Shown here piece by piece: positions 53,586 to 64,000 of a stretch of 64,000 bases of DNA. Source of the DNA: Lepidodermella squamata (taxonomy: Eukaryota; Animalia; Gastrotricha); contig JBLDXI010000019.1 in the NCBI GenBank assembly GCA_047495785.1, positions 186,001 through 250,000 on the forward strand. Direction: 5' to 3'. Below the pieces are notes generated by a model that had not been told where the DNA came from, did no database searches, and worked only from the letters and a program-made list of their open reading frames with translations. Numbering within the stretch: the first letter of the stretch is position 1; every line of letters begins with the position of its first letter. The position numbers and the translations under genes were made by a program.

Positions 53586-53626
53586 CCTATAAAAGTACCT
53601 GGCAGGCTCCTTGGGAGCTCAGTCTG
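53586..53626 (+). promoter_or_regulatory. TATA + initiator core promoter in the 3' region of the PLE (pseudo-LTR-like)
   Basis: TATAAAA at 53588-53594 and TCAGT Inr at 53619-53623, canonical ~30 bp spacing; GGCTCC-TTG-GGAGC hairpin between them. Confidence 0.55.
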
Positions 53627-54228
53627 CTTTTTTCAACTTGAAGGAAAGCAGCTTTAAGGGCATCGGGACCACAGGTCTCTAGATGGGTCCACTGGGCCCT
53701 AGCCCTTGGGAATAATTTTCCCCAAAAAAAACGGGCCGTAGCACTGGAACCTTGACGTGGTGGTACCGCTTGACTTGGTGGCTGCCCCAGCAAACTTTGT
53801 GGGATACTCCGAGCCATCAGTTGCCTAATACCAGTGCATCTACCGGTTAGACTACCGGTTTGGGAAAACTTACTGACTCCCATTGTATCCTGCCACGCTA
53901 CCTAGTAATGCGTGGTGTGCTACCCCAGCCCTCACTACCGGTGCCAGATGTCTGTGTGCTTGTCGTATAGGGCTCAGATGAGATTGCTTGTAGCGGGAAC
54001 ACCCACTACACCCAGTACGGGTTCTCCGGACTGGCTCCCCAAAAAAGACCCGAGCGACCCGAGCGCGACCCGAGTCCGATTTAGACGACTTGCACTGTAG
54101 TTGTTTTCGGTTTTATAGGTAACGCAAGAACATTGAGAAAGTCCAAAGATTGCATGCAAAAAATATTGCGGGACCTTCATCATAATGGCATTATAAATCA
54201 TATTCATGTGAGATTATAATAATGTTCG

Positions 54229-55733
54229 TCATTGCACAACATCATTTGCCTGGGCGGACGGCTGGGCTTCCTGTCTAACTACATATAAATTAACTCCGGT
54301 TAGAAATGCCATAAATTGACGAAGATGGGTTATCCTAGCAACTACGGTTGCCATATTAGCGGTAGCAAAATTGCGCAAGGCAGTTAGCTGTTCAGCGGTA
54401 TATTGTATACTTTGATACTCAAATTCTGCTTCAGAAATATAAGGAAAAGCAATGAGTCTGGTAGGCGGCGTATCTATTCTGCCTTCTCCTGCAAGACCTA
54501 CAGCTACCACGCTGGGAACTTGTTCAGTCTCTACAGCTGTAGGGGCTTTAGATTTGGGGCTAGCGCCAACTGTCGCATCGTCAAGACCATTCCCAACTAC
54601 GGCAACTCCAGGGCCAGTCTCCACGGATTTTTTTCCAGTTATTAGGGCTAGGCTCATATAAATTGTATTCTTTAAGCTGGAATAAACTAAAAAGGTAAAA
54701 CTTGGCACGAAAAATAACGCTGTATGTTGTGGCTTGAATGAGGTTCCGTAATATATTAAAAAAAAGCCCGTTATGATCAAAACAACGTTTATCGCCATTT
54801 TCGGCCTACTCGAGACCAAAGGACCGTTTATCCAAGAAATAACAAACGCAGAGCAAGAACACAAAAATATTAAGGCGTATAAAATATTATGTGCATTATC
54901 AATCGTATAATTTAGGTATTCAAAAGAGGCATATGATCCAGCGATAAATGACAGCAACACATAGGCAACAGGCCTTTTAGTATTGTACAATTGTGATATA
55001 AAATAAAACGCAGCAGCTATCCCCGCTAAACTTCCGCTCATCGAACAAAAACTATAATAAGCTAGATTCGTTTCAGTTAGCCATTTCGATGCTACAACCA
55101 TTAGAACACCTGTTAGCGTGACAATGAAATTATTAAAATCAAAATAACTTTCAGCCAATTGCAGATCGACAGTCGAATTCAAGGGGCATATAGCAATGCT
55201 GTAGTAATCAAAGGCCGACACAAGCGCCGTCTCGAAGGCATCTTTATCGTCCTCGTCTGATGCATCAAATAAGCTTGGTAGAAATAGTGACATAATCTGA
55301 AGAATGCCGGGCGAACGACGGTTTGCAGTTACTGCACAGCATCTAGCAGCGAGCTTTTCAGAGCAATCGTTGCCAGTATAAATCTCCAATTTAGCCACAT
55401 CTTGTATTGATGCTGGTATTATTCGGTACTGGCATAAAGTTTTTCATTAAATATCCAAAAGGCAAACCAAAACCTTACCTTGTTTATCCAAAATAAATAA
55501 TTAAGTTGCCATAATTCCGACTTAGTTAAGCACACTTGAGAAGGGATCGGCGGCGAATAGTCTGAAAAGGAAATCTGGTATGCCCCATCCTCAACGAGGG
55601 CCCACGGCGGAACACTAATTTCTTCGAAATTTTCGCAGTTGTTGGTTGTTAAACAGAATGCCTCAGATAGAATTGCTGAGCTCCAAATTATCGTTAGAAC
55701 ATTAAACTCTGCGTGAAATTTGCGGTATGCCAT
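54229..55733 (-). CDS. Divergent NEMP/TMEM194-like nuclear envelope membrane protein (2 exons)
   Basis: Signal-like N-terminus; intron ~55430-55478 joins in frame. FDF..F....G, YYS, GPL...R and YISEAEFEYQSIQYTAEQLTALRNF..VVARI....FMAFLTG parallel the NEMP TM domain and conserved C-terminal region (LLTEEEY..Q...T.KAL.ELR.FC..VSRI..P.RFA.F..G). Confidence 0.75.
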
Positions 55734-56106
55734 ACGATAAATAAAACTGACTAAAATGTGAGAGAAATTTAGAAAATTAAACATTTATTTCTTAGTTGTG
55801 GGTAGCTATAATTATCAAATAATAGATCACACTTGTATTTTATTATAATTGACAGTGAATTTACATTCTTAGAAGGCGTGCAAAAAGGAAAAATGAAGAT
55901 GATAACCACAAAATAATAATTAATTGGCTAGATTCGCGCACAAGAGTTAAAGGACTACTAATAAAACGCAATATTTTGCAATATCAAATATCAATATCAA
56001 TTATCAATAAAAAGCCAGAGGCGGAGATTTCCTTAGGTTACCTACAACATGCTAGAGTTCCTTGCTAAAGAGTTCCTTGTTGCTGGTTAAAGTAGCAAGA
56101 TCTATA

Positions 56107-57781
56107 CTATCGAAATGGCCGAAAGCGATTGATCAAAGGCTGAATAATACTTGAACGACTTTCTTCGCTCTTAGATGACGATTCATTGTTGCCCACGTCA
56201 CGTTTTTCTTCGGCAATGACACGACTGCTTTCGCTATGGACGATTCTTCTTCCAGATCGCAAGACAGACGAAGATGGATCGGAGGCTAGTCTGCTACTTG
56301 TTTCAGTAGTTTTCAAATTAACTATGGGCTCAATTTTATTAGTAGCAATAACCTCACGGTCTGAATCGTTTGTCACACCACCACCACCACCATCTTCTCT
56401 ATTCATGTATTTCTCAATCATGCGCGCAACAGCCAAAAAAGATAAGATGTAAATGAGAGATAAATACCACATCAGAGGTCGGTTAAGATATAGCTCGCTC
56501 ACATATAAATAACGCAGCGATAGAGCGACAAATTGGGTTACTATGACCGTGTCATAAATCTTTATCTCGGTTGCATAGCTTGTTACAACTAATTCCAAGG
56601 CACCGCAGACCGCCAGTAGCATTAGTTGCATTAGTAGCCTGTTTCGCATAGAATCTGATCCCGAGTAGTAATATTGGTATAATAGATACAAAGCTACCAC
56701 GATGTAGAAATAGCACTGATAGGCTGAAAAATTCGGACTTCTGATGATAAAAATTGAAATCTAAGACAATTAAAGTCAAAATTATGATCATCGTTTGCCA
56801 GAAACGTACCTGAGCTAAAACTTCCCGGACCAGGGTGGATTTTTTCGCAAAATATTCAAGCGTGGATTGAATAGGGGTATAAGCCAGAGAAATGGCCCTG
56901 ACTAAACTTGGTATCCAGTTTGTGAACATTTCTCTCACCGGAACGGAAACACTGAGATCCCATAGCGTTTGAGTAAGCCACACCTTCGAATAGCTACGCA
57001 GCATGCAGCTTGTGTCCTCAGCGAAGTCGATAAAGTAAGCTATGGATATCTGAGAATAAATCAAATGAGCAAACTGCTCTGGAAAAATGCTTATTACATA
57101 CCAATCCAGGGAGTAAGTTTCCAGTATTCTTCTCGTCAAAGGCCTTTTAATAGAAATTCATCAAATTGAAAGATTAAGCAATTAAATAACCTTCATACAA
57201 GCCAAAATATCAGCTCCCTCTTTGCAGGCAGTTTCATAAGAGGGATTGATACATACAAGAATCCGGAAAGTGTAGGATTTCTAACAATAAAATTCACTTG
57301 AGTTAACTCATGTTCACTAAAATAATTTGCTCACCAAATCATCTGCAGTGAGAGGAAATGTTTTTTTGACAACCTCCTTCATATCTTTGATGATCTGAGT
57401 CATGAAAACGAACCCAATGATGTTTAAGTCAGGTTAAAGGGCTCACCTTATCTCCACAGTCTCGTTTATCTTTGCCCGTTTTTACAGCCATAAGTTTTCC
57501 AAGATAGTAATGCCCCTCTTTAGAGAAAAACATGTTTTTTAGCGATCAATGTTCGAAAATGAATCCAAATACTTACCCCAAATGTAAGCTACTGTCTCAC
57601 ACTCGGTATTTACTGGCCCGGTAAAAAACCCATCCGTCACATTTTCCCAGTCGATATCTGGCGCATCAGCAAGAGGGTTCTCCAAAACAGGAGATAGTTT
57701 CACCGTGCGTTTTTCAATTTTTCCATCGACATGAGCATAGATGGCGATAATTGTTATCAGATAATATGTCGTAGCATTCAT
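56107..57781 (-). CDS. Multi-exon signal-peptide-bearing multi-TM protein of unknown family
   Basis: Signal peptide MNATTYYLITIIAIYAHVDG; ~7 exons joined in phase by GT-AG introns (e.g. CAG|gtacgt...cttag|ATT at ~56810-56761); ~4 hydrophobic helices, then a Ser-rich tail. Confidence 0.6.
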
Positions 57782-58236
57782 TTTGCAACAAGGAGTCGAA
57801 AAAATGAACGCAAGACGAAGCGCGCCAAAAGTGGATGATTGACAAAGGAAGCTTTTGTTCTGTCAAGGCCCTTATTAGAGAATAAAAATCTGGTAAAATG
57901 TAATTTTACATTCATAACTTGAAAGATTTTGATATTCATTTTGAAAGAGAAATTATAAACTTCAAGATTAAAAAGCTTCTAAAAATGAATTGATCCCTCG
58001 ACAAGCTCACCATCTCAGCTTTCGATTTCGTGCTGCTAGCAAGTGGAATGACTTACCGCCATCGATAAGATCTTCCGAAAACCCGAAGATCCTCAGAGAT
58101 GAACTCCTGAAAGTATTAGTGAAAGCAGAATACGTGGACGATTTCGTCTACACAAAGAAGAGGTAACTCGCCACCTTACCTCGACGCGCCCATCTGCGTC
58201 CGTTGGATGGAAGACCGCCTTAGTGCGAATCCAACG

Positions 58237-58500
58237 TACATACATACATACATACATACATGATGGGTCGAAGTTCAACTACTGCGACGCCGTCATCGAT
58301 CAAGGTTGCAAGACCCAGCTGGATCGTCTTCAACACGCGCAAAACGAAGCCGTTCGTGCCGTTCTCGACGTCAGTCCTGATGAAGTTCTCCTGCGATTGC
58401 GATGGGTGAATGTGCCAGGCAAACGACTGGTCCACCCGGCTAAAACCATGTGGACGTGCAGCAGGGATCCTGAGACCCCGAGGCACGAGGCACCCTCGTC
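58237..58500 (+). mobile_element. Decayed 3' fragment of a CR1/L2-group LINE preceded by a (TACA)n microsatellite
   Basis: NYCDAV..LDRLQHAQNEAVRAV..LRWVNV..MW resembles the post-RT region of the LINE at 61.7-63.3 kb (NYGD..DKLQSSQDRAIKII..LGWLTV..MW). Confidence 0.6.
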
Positions 58501-58859
58501 GCTAGTCAAGCCGATGATAATACACTTTATTTTCTTATAGTTCTGGAAGTATAGTAGTGTCTTATAGTTCCGGCGTTAAATAATACTCTATTTTTGGCTC
58601 CGTGGAATTACCTCATGTAAATATTCTCTACTTTTGTAAATCATTCTCCAAATAAGTCTTCTGGTAGCTTTCTTGCTACGACGGCGTTTGTAGGCTTCGC
58701 TGAGTGAGTGGAAAAGCCACTGATTATAGGCTGTTGTGGCGCCCTCCAACTTTCCTGATTTTTTTGCTGATTTTTTTGCTAATGCTTTTTGCGCACGGCT
58801 TCTTTGCGCCTGTCACATCTTCTTAGTTTCTAGGGATGATTAATACTACTTAAATCGAA

Positions 58860-59665
58860 ATGCATGTAATCCAAGTAAAATTTGCTGCTGGTGCTTCAAT
58901 TCTAGCTGCTAAGAAGTATATACAAGATAATTATCCAGAACTTCAATTCACCTATTCCAGAAAACTTGGTGGGAATCAGGACATGTGATATATTCGATTA
59001 ATTATAATAAGTCTTTTTCAGGTTCTGGAAGACGTTCTTTTTATTTTCGCTGTAGGGGGTATGGGAGGTTCTTAGCCGAAACAACGAGTGAGAAGTGTCG
59101 ATCTACGGCCTTATTGACGATTTATGATAACGGAGAAATGATATTCCAACGCTCTGCTAATAGCCATCCAACTCATCCATTACCATACCAAATCTCTCGA
59201 ATGTCAGTTGGCAGTAAGGCGTTTATAGAAGAAAACTTCAGGCTAAAAACAGCTTCGAAAATACACGAAGAGTTGTCAGCCATGAATGAAAACAACCCGT
59301 TCTTAACGACTCCAAGCCTTGATCGGATTCAGGATTTCATAAGGCAGCTGCTACATCGAGACCTAGGCTCCTTCAATAGGCGCCGTCCAGCGTCATCAAA
59401 CGTTCTTCAAAATTTCACCAAACGGTCATGTCGGCATTTTCCTGTATCTATCTCAAAAAAGTTGAAATATCAATGGCCTTGCGGAGCCTGTCTCTCAGAT
59501 CTTAGCCACCCTAATTCGCGAAAAGAACAATTGTCTATTGAGTGCTCTTGTTGCCATATGTATTTTCACAAAACTTGTTCATTGCTGACCAATCGCGAGT
59601 TCTCGCAATTTCAGTCAATCGTAAAGCTGAAGTGGTTTTGCTGTTATTGTAACTCGAAAACTTGA
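58860..59665 (+). CDS. MULE-derived WRKY/FLYWCH-type zinc finger + helical domain + PHD finger protein, no DDE domain
   Basis: Intron 58969-59021 in phase; YFRC...KC...HPTH (CCHH), ASKIHEEL..PSLDRIQDFIR, and C-terminal C4HC3 CGAC..ECSCCHMYFHKTC..WFCCYC. Confidence 0.6.
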
Positions 59666-60535
59666 TTATTATTTTGCTCTACCTAAACGTTAGATTTATG
59701 CGCTGTTCCAGAGCATTCATTATTATAATATTTTAGAACAATAATTACAGTGTTGAAATTATATAGTTATGTTATGTTAAAATTATAGTGTTGATGAAGT
59801 GTTGAGGAGTTGAGAATAAATTCACTGTTTGCAGCTAGAAAGGTTCATTTTCTTGTTCGATAATGATGGGATGACTCAGACGGCTCCGTGGGAGAACTTA
59901 TTTTTCGATTTGAATTTGATGTTCGCATTGCCAAAATGAATAGAACGATCAGTGCCAATATTTGAAAGATGGCACACTTTAGTGAACCGATCGACAGCTC
60001 ATGTTAAGAACTTGACTTGAACAATCGCGCGGGTCATTTTCATGAGGAAAATTCGACTTCCCCGCGCATATATGGCATGTTATTGCGGCATATATGGTAC
60101 ATCCTGTGGCAGCAAAGTCGCCGATTCTCGAATGAAAAACAATGAAAAGATCAATTATCAAATTACCAAATCGTACTATTTATTGACTAAATATTATTCA
60201 TATTCCAAATATTTGACTAAATATTCAATTTGAGCAATTTGATGTAAGGTATGAGCCAAAACAGTGTCAAGCAATAACAGGAGTAGTAAGAGTACTCTAA
60301 CAACAACTAACTCGTAACTCGTAACAGCAAGAGTTTTGATTCGAAGCAGTAACAAAAATACGAGCAAGAGTCAAAAAGATGAAAAAATATCAAATTAGGG
60401 CAGGCACGACGAAAAAGGCACGAAGGAAAAGGCAGCCACGAAGACGAAGGAAGAAGATGAAAAAGTTGTATAACAGGCGTAAGAGTTATAATCGTTGCGA
60501 AACAACTAGGCGACATATTATGATATTATTCATTT

Positions 60536-60681
60536 GAGACGTGGCAAGCGATTTCGGCCCTATCTCTATCTTCACAGGCATTTGAAAAGGCAACAGCTGA
60601 CGCATAATCATTATTGCGCAACACCCAATTTTCAAATGACTGCGAAGATAGAGATAGGGCCGAAATCGCTTGCCACGTCTC
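60536..60681. mobile_element. 146-bp MITE, Sola-like (GAG...CTC termini, ATTT TSD)
   Basis: ~53-bp TIRs with 2 mismatches (GAGACGTGGCAAGCGATTTCGGCCCTATCTCTATCTTC...); ATTT at 60532-60535 and 60682-60685. Confidence 0.85.
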
Positions 60682-61104
60682 ATTTGAGCAGTTATATTTT
60701 GTAGTATTTATTTATCCGCATCACGGTAAGTAAGAGTCGAAACCGGTCAAAAACAATAGTTTTTCAGGCGCGAGTATCAAATGATCAAGAGTTAAAACCA
60801 TCGAAAAATAAGAAATAATAAGCAAACGCAGCGTTTTTTAACGCTGAAGAATGCGAAGAATGCTGAAGATTTATTAACGCAGCGAGTAAGAAGAAAAATA
60901 AGAAATAAGAAGAAGATGATCGTTCAAAAAATCGAAAATCTACAATCAAAAATAAGATTGAGGAGCAAATCAATTTTTGAAACTGAGCAGCATGCTCAAC
61001 TTTATGAATGTCGCAGCAATTTAATTGACAAATCTAATGGTTCTGTGACTGAAGAGCACGCGATCTGAGAGCAAAGATCAAACCAATCTAATTGCCCTCT
61101 GCGC

Positions 61105-61148
61105 AAGGTGGTTTAACTGTCACAGTGTTTTGACAGTTAAACCACCTT
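61105..61148. repeat. Perfect 18-bp inverted repeat (hairpin / minimal MITE)
   Basis: AAGGTGGTTTAACTGTCA ... TGACAGTTAAACCACCTT with an 8-nt spacer. Confidence 0.8.
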
Positions 61149-61268
61149 ACGCAGAAGCACGCCGGGCTACAACGCCGGTTATTTTTGCGGCAGCCGCACT
61201 GGGCTAAACAGCCGGTTTTGCAGTAGCAACGAACGGCTGTAGCGTCCTGCATGTTTTTCTGGTCGGTC

Positions 61269-61496
61269 GGAGCAGTCGAACCAGCCGGAGCAGTCGAACC
61301 AGCCGGAGCCGGAGCAGTCGAACCAGCCGGAGCAGTCGAACCAGCCGGAGCAGTCGAACCAGCCGGAGCCGGAGCAGTCGAACCAGCCGGAGCCGGAGCA
61401 GTCGAACCAGCCGGAGCCGGAGCAGTCGAACCAGCCGGAGCCGTCGAACCAGCCGGAGCAGTCGAACCAGTCGAAGCAGTCGAACCAGCCGGAGCA
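61269..61496. repeat. GC-rich minisatellite with 18/24-bp units
   Basis: About 11 units of GGAGCAGTCGAACCAGCC, some with an extra GGAGCC. Confidence 0.9.
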
Positions 61497-61619
61497 TGAT
61501 CAGACTCTGAACCTGACGAGTCGGGTCGCCATTCCGGTAAAGATGAAGTTGAAGATGATGAAGATGAAGATGGTGGCAGCGCAGCATTAGTAGGGTCTAT
61601 AAAACCAATTCAGACTTTA

Positions 61620-63549
61620 AAACAAAATTAACAAGTATAACAACCGCAACGTCTGGACGCAGCTATCAAGAGATGAGTCATTGCAAAAGGCCACCAATTT
61701 TAATCTGTTCTTCTCACAAGCAGGAAAAATCGTGGCCGAAAGTCTCGGAGGCTGTCTGAACTTCGCAAGACGTAAACGAAGCTCAACGCCGTTTACGTTT
61801 CGACCTGTCTCGGTCACCGATGTCGAAAAAGCGATCGACAAACTGAGTTACAAGGCTACGACCGGGTTCGACGGCATTCCCGAGTGCATCGTGAAGATGG
61901 CAAAGCCTTCAATTGCTCGACATCTCACAGCGCTCTTCAACTTGGCCATTCGAGATGGTGTCTTCATCAGTGATTGGAAAACGGCTATTGTCACACCGCT
62001 GCATAAATCCGGATCAAAGGCTGAGGTTGGGAATTTTAGGCCGATTTCGATCACTTCACCGCTAGCTCGTACGTTCGAGCGTTGCCTGGCAACACAGCTG
62101 AAAGATCATTTGCGAGCGATCAAATTCTTAACACCGGCACAACACGGATTTCGTCAATACCATTCGACTGACACCTGCGTGGCATCGTTCACCGAACGCT
62201 GGCGACATCTACTTGACAAAGGAAACGTGGTTGGAGCCGTGTCGATCGACTTATCCAAAGCCTTCGACACGCTCCACCACGATGGGATTATCGAATCTCT
62301 CCGATCCGCTGGTGTAACGGAAAAGTCAATTCGCCTATTGATAAACTACTTGAGCAATCGCCGCCAAACCACGAAAATCAACGGCGAAGCATCCCCGTTC
62401 GAGTCAATTGATTGCGGTGTGCCACAAGGATCGGTCCTTGGGCCACTCATGTTTACAATTTATGTAAACGACCTGCCTTTGATTTTAAGGAGATGCGGTA
62501 TAGCACAATACGCCGACGACATTACAATTTTTTACGGATCGAAGAACATCAACGAACTCCACTCAGTTCTGCAACTGGAACTTGACAGGGTATGCGCATG
62601 GCTAAAACAGAACAGCCTCGCAGTAAATGGGAAAAAATCGCAATTCATGCTTCTCAAACCACACCTCTCGACAGCGCCCGATTTCAAGGTCACAATCGGA
62701 GGAGTTGCGATAAAGCCGTCAGAAATCATGGATACCCTTGGTTTCAAAATTGACAACAAGCTACAATTCGATGAGCACGTCGAGATGGCCAAAGGCAAAG
62801 CCCGAAAAGGCCTGTTTGCTCTCAAACAAGCTGTCAACGCTGGAATCGATCGCAAAACTGCTGTTATGATGACAAATGGCCTCGTCGTCAGCCATCTGAA
62901 TTATGGCGACCTCACCCTCGGACAGGCCTCAAAATCGACTCGCGACAAACTGCAATCGTCGCAGGATCGAGCTATCAAAATCATATACGGCGCTCATCCA
63001 TTGGCGGATCCGGCCCCGCTGCGGCATCGACTTGGGTGGCTAACAGTCGGCCAGAAGCATGCGATGCACCTATGTACATTCATGTGGAAGAGCCTGAACA
63101 ATATGGCGCCGGATGAATTCACGTCGATGTTTAAGCTGAACGATCGCAGCCACGGCTACAGCTGCCGTAATTTCGAACCCATGTTAAAACCGACCTACAC
63201 ATCCGAGCGAGGCCAACTAAGCATGTCGTACCGTGGCCCGCACTTGTGGAATCAAATGCCTTCGAGCGTTCACGAAGCGGAGTCAGCAAAGGCGTGTCGC
63301 CAAGCAGCTTATCTACACTACTACAACATTAATGCCGCTCTGCTCTGATTGTTGAATATTCATATATTTTCATATTTTTCATGTTATGTTGATCATTGCA
63401 TTGATTTCGATAGTGATCCCGATCAGTCTACTATTTATGCTATTTCGATTTTCAATTTTGTTGTTGTCTTTACTTTTCTATTGATCACTTGTCTGAGCTG
63501 TCCTCTTCTGGGCGTTATGGCTCTTTAAATAAATAAATAAATAAATAAC
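61620..63549 (+). mobile_element. 5'-truncated CR1/L2-group (L2/Crack/Daphne-like) LINE with intact RT and (TAAA)n tail
   Basis: ORF 61681..63348: KATTGFDGI, NFRPIS, QHGFR, DLSKAFD, GVPQGSVLGP, YADD; no APE domain; (TAAA)n at ~63526-63548. Confidence 0.9.
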
Positions 63550-63678
63550 AAATCGTTGATACCGTTGTTTCCAGTGAGCGAGCGAGCCGTTGGGGTAGAG
63601 AACAAATTTGTATCGACCGAAACCTCCTCTCCTGTAAAAATATATAAATTATAAAAACAGGGTGTAAAATATTGTTAA

Positions 63679-64000
63679 CTAACCAGGCGTTAGATGGAAA
63701 TTGGGCGGATGTAACTGAGCATGTAACTGAGCCAGCCGCTGCTGCTCAGCGGTAATCGCATTTTCGATGGCATGTAGAAGGCCCATCGCCTCGGCAACTT
63801 GCGCCTCTGCAGCAGCGACCCGTGCTTCGGCAGCCGCAGCTCGCGCATTGGCAACCTCCGCACGGGCCTCTGCCGCGCGAGCGTAATGTACAGCTTCATG
63901 CGTAGCCGCCTCTTGGCGGGCACGCTGTTCTTCCGCCATGTGAAAGAGCCGCATGGCATTAGCGGCGCGGAGTTCAGCGGCATTCGCATCGGCATCGCAG
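63679..64000 (-). CDS. 3' end of an Ala/Glu/Arg-rich coiled-coil ORF (continues past window edge)
   Basis: Frame stays open to the window end (DADANAAELRAANAMRLFH...AEARAEVANARAAAAEAR); GC-rich. Confidence 0.4.
   Translation of the reverse strand, partial: CDADANAAELRAANAMRLFHMAEEQRARQEAATHEAVHYARAAEARAEVANARAAAAEARVAAAEAQVAEAMGLLHAIENAITAEQQRLAQLHAQLHPPNFHLTPG

Larger units (their letters stand above)
49515..54100 (+). mobile_element. Penelope-like retroelement (PLE), probably 5'-truncated, no GIY-YIG endonuclease seen
   Basis: RT with LLGKGLKFVP, RSDKS, SADINDMYNQVP, FNGKFYKQIRGLAMGGNISP, RFLDDIF, YLDV, KPTD..LH..SNHP, RGY. GC-rich block distinct from AT-rich flanks; both boundaries approximate. 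Confidence 0.85.

Noticed and set aside
52574-54200. Hammerhead ribozyme or telomeric repeats expected for PLE pLTRs/Athena elements
   Set aside because: No CTGANGA...GAAA core with flanking stems and no tandem telomere-like repeats found by eye; a covariance-model search would be needed to exclude a variant.
61269-61496. CRISPR-like array
   Set aside because: Units are contiguous with no unique spacers, the context is eukaryotic and there are no cas genes; it is a minisatellite.

Overview
Compact, intron-rich eukaryotic (invertebrate-like) DNA with mostly ~40-60 bp GT-AG introns; the six-frame ORFs are largely exon fragments. 1-43.5 kb is host-gene territory. It holds the 3' part of a mucin-stalked type I membrane protein and a ~22 kb giant polycystin-1-like gene (C-lectin/LamG/Kringle/WSC/FA58C/PKD/REJ/GPS/PLAT/channel) lying tail-to-tail with a gustatory-receptor-like gene. 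It also holds seven intronless CD225/IFITM-like paralogues, a 4-TM gene, a NEK-like kinase that appears to splice through a TM helix into a sushi domain, and a discoidin/F-lectin gene. 43.7-64 kb is mobile-element rich. An intact 10-exon Sola-type DDD transposase is followed by closely spaced co-oriented genes (duplicated small type III membrane proteins, a divergent NEMP homologue, another multi-TM gene) that may be cargo of a large DNA transposon. An endonuclease-less Penelope-like retroelement interrupts this run, and its splice signals suggest three alternative products (N-term+ZnF+RT, N-term only, N-term+second ZnF). Further right are a MULE-derived WRKY/FLYWCH+PHD gene, MITEs, a minisatellite and CR1/L2-group LINE copies. 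All exon models were read by eye and need RNA-seq confirmation.
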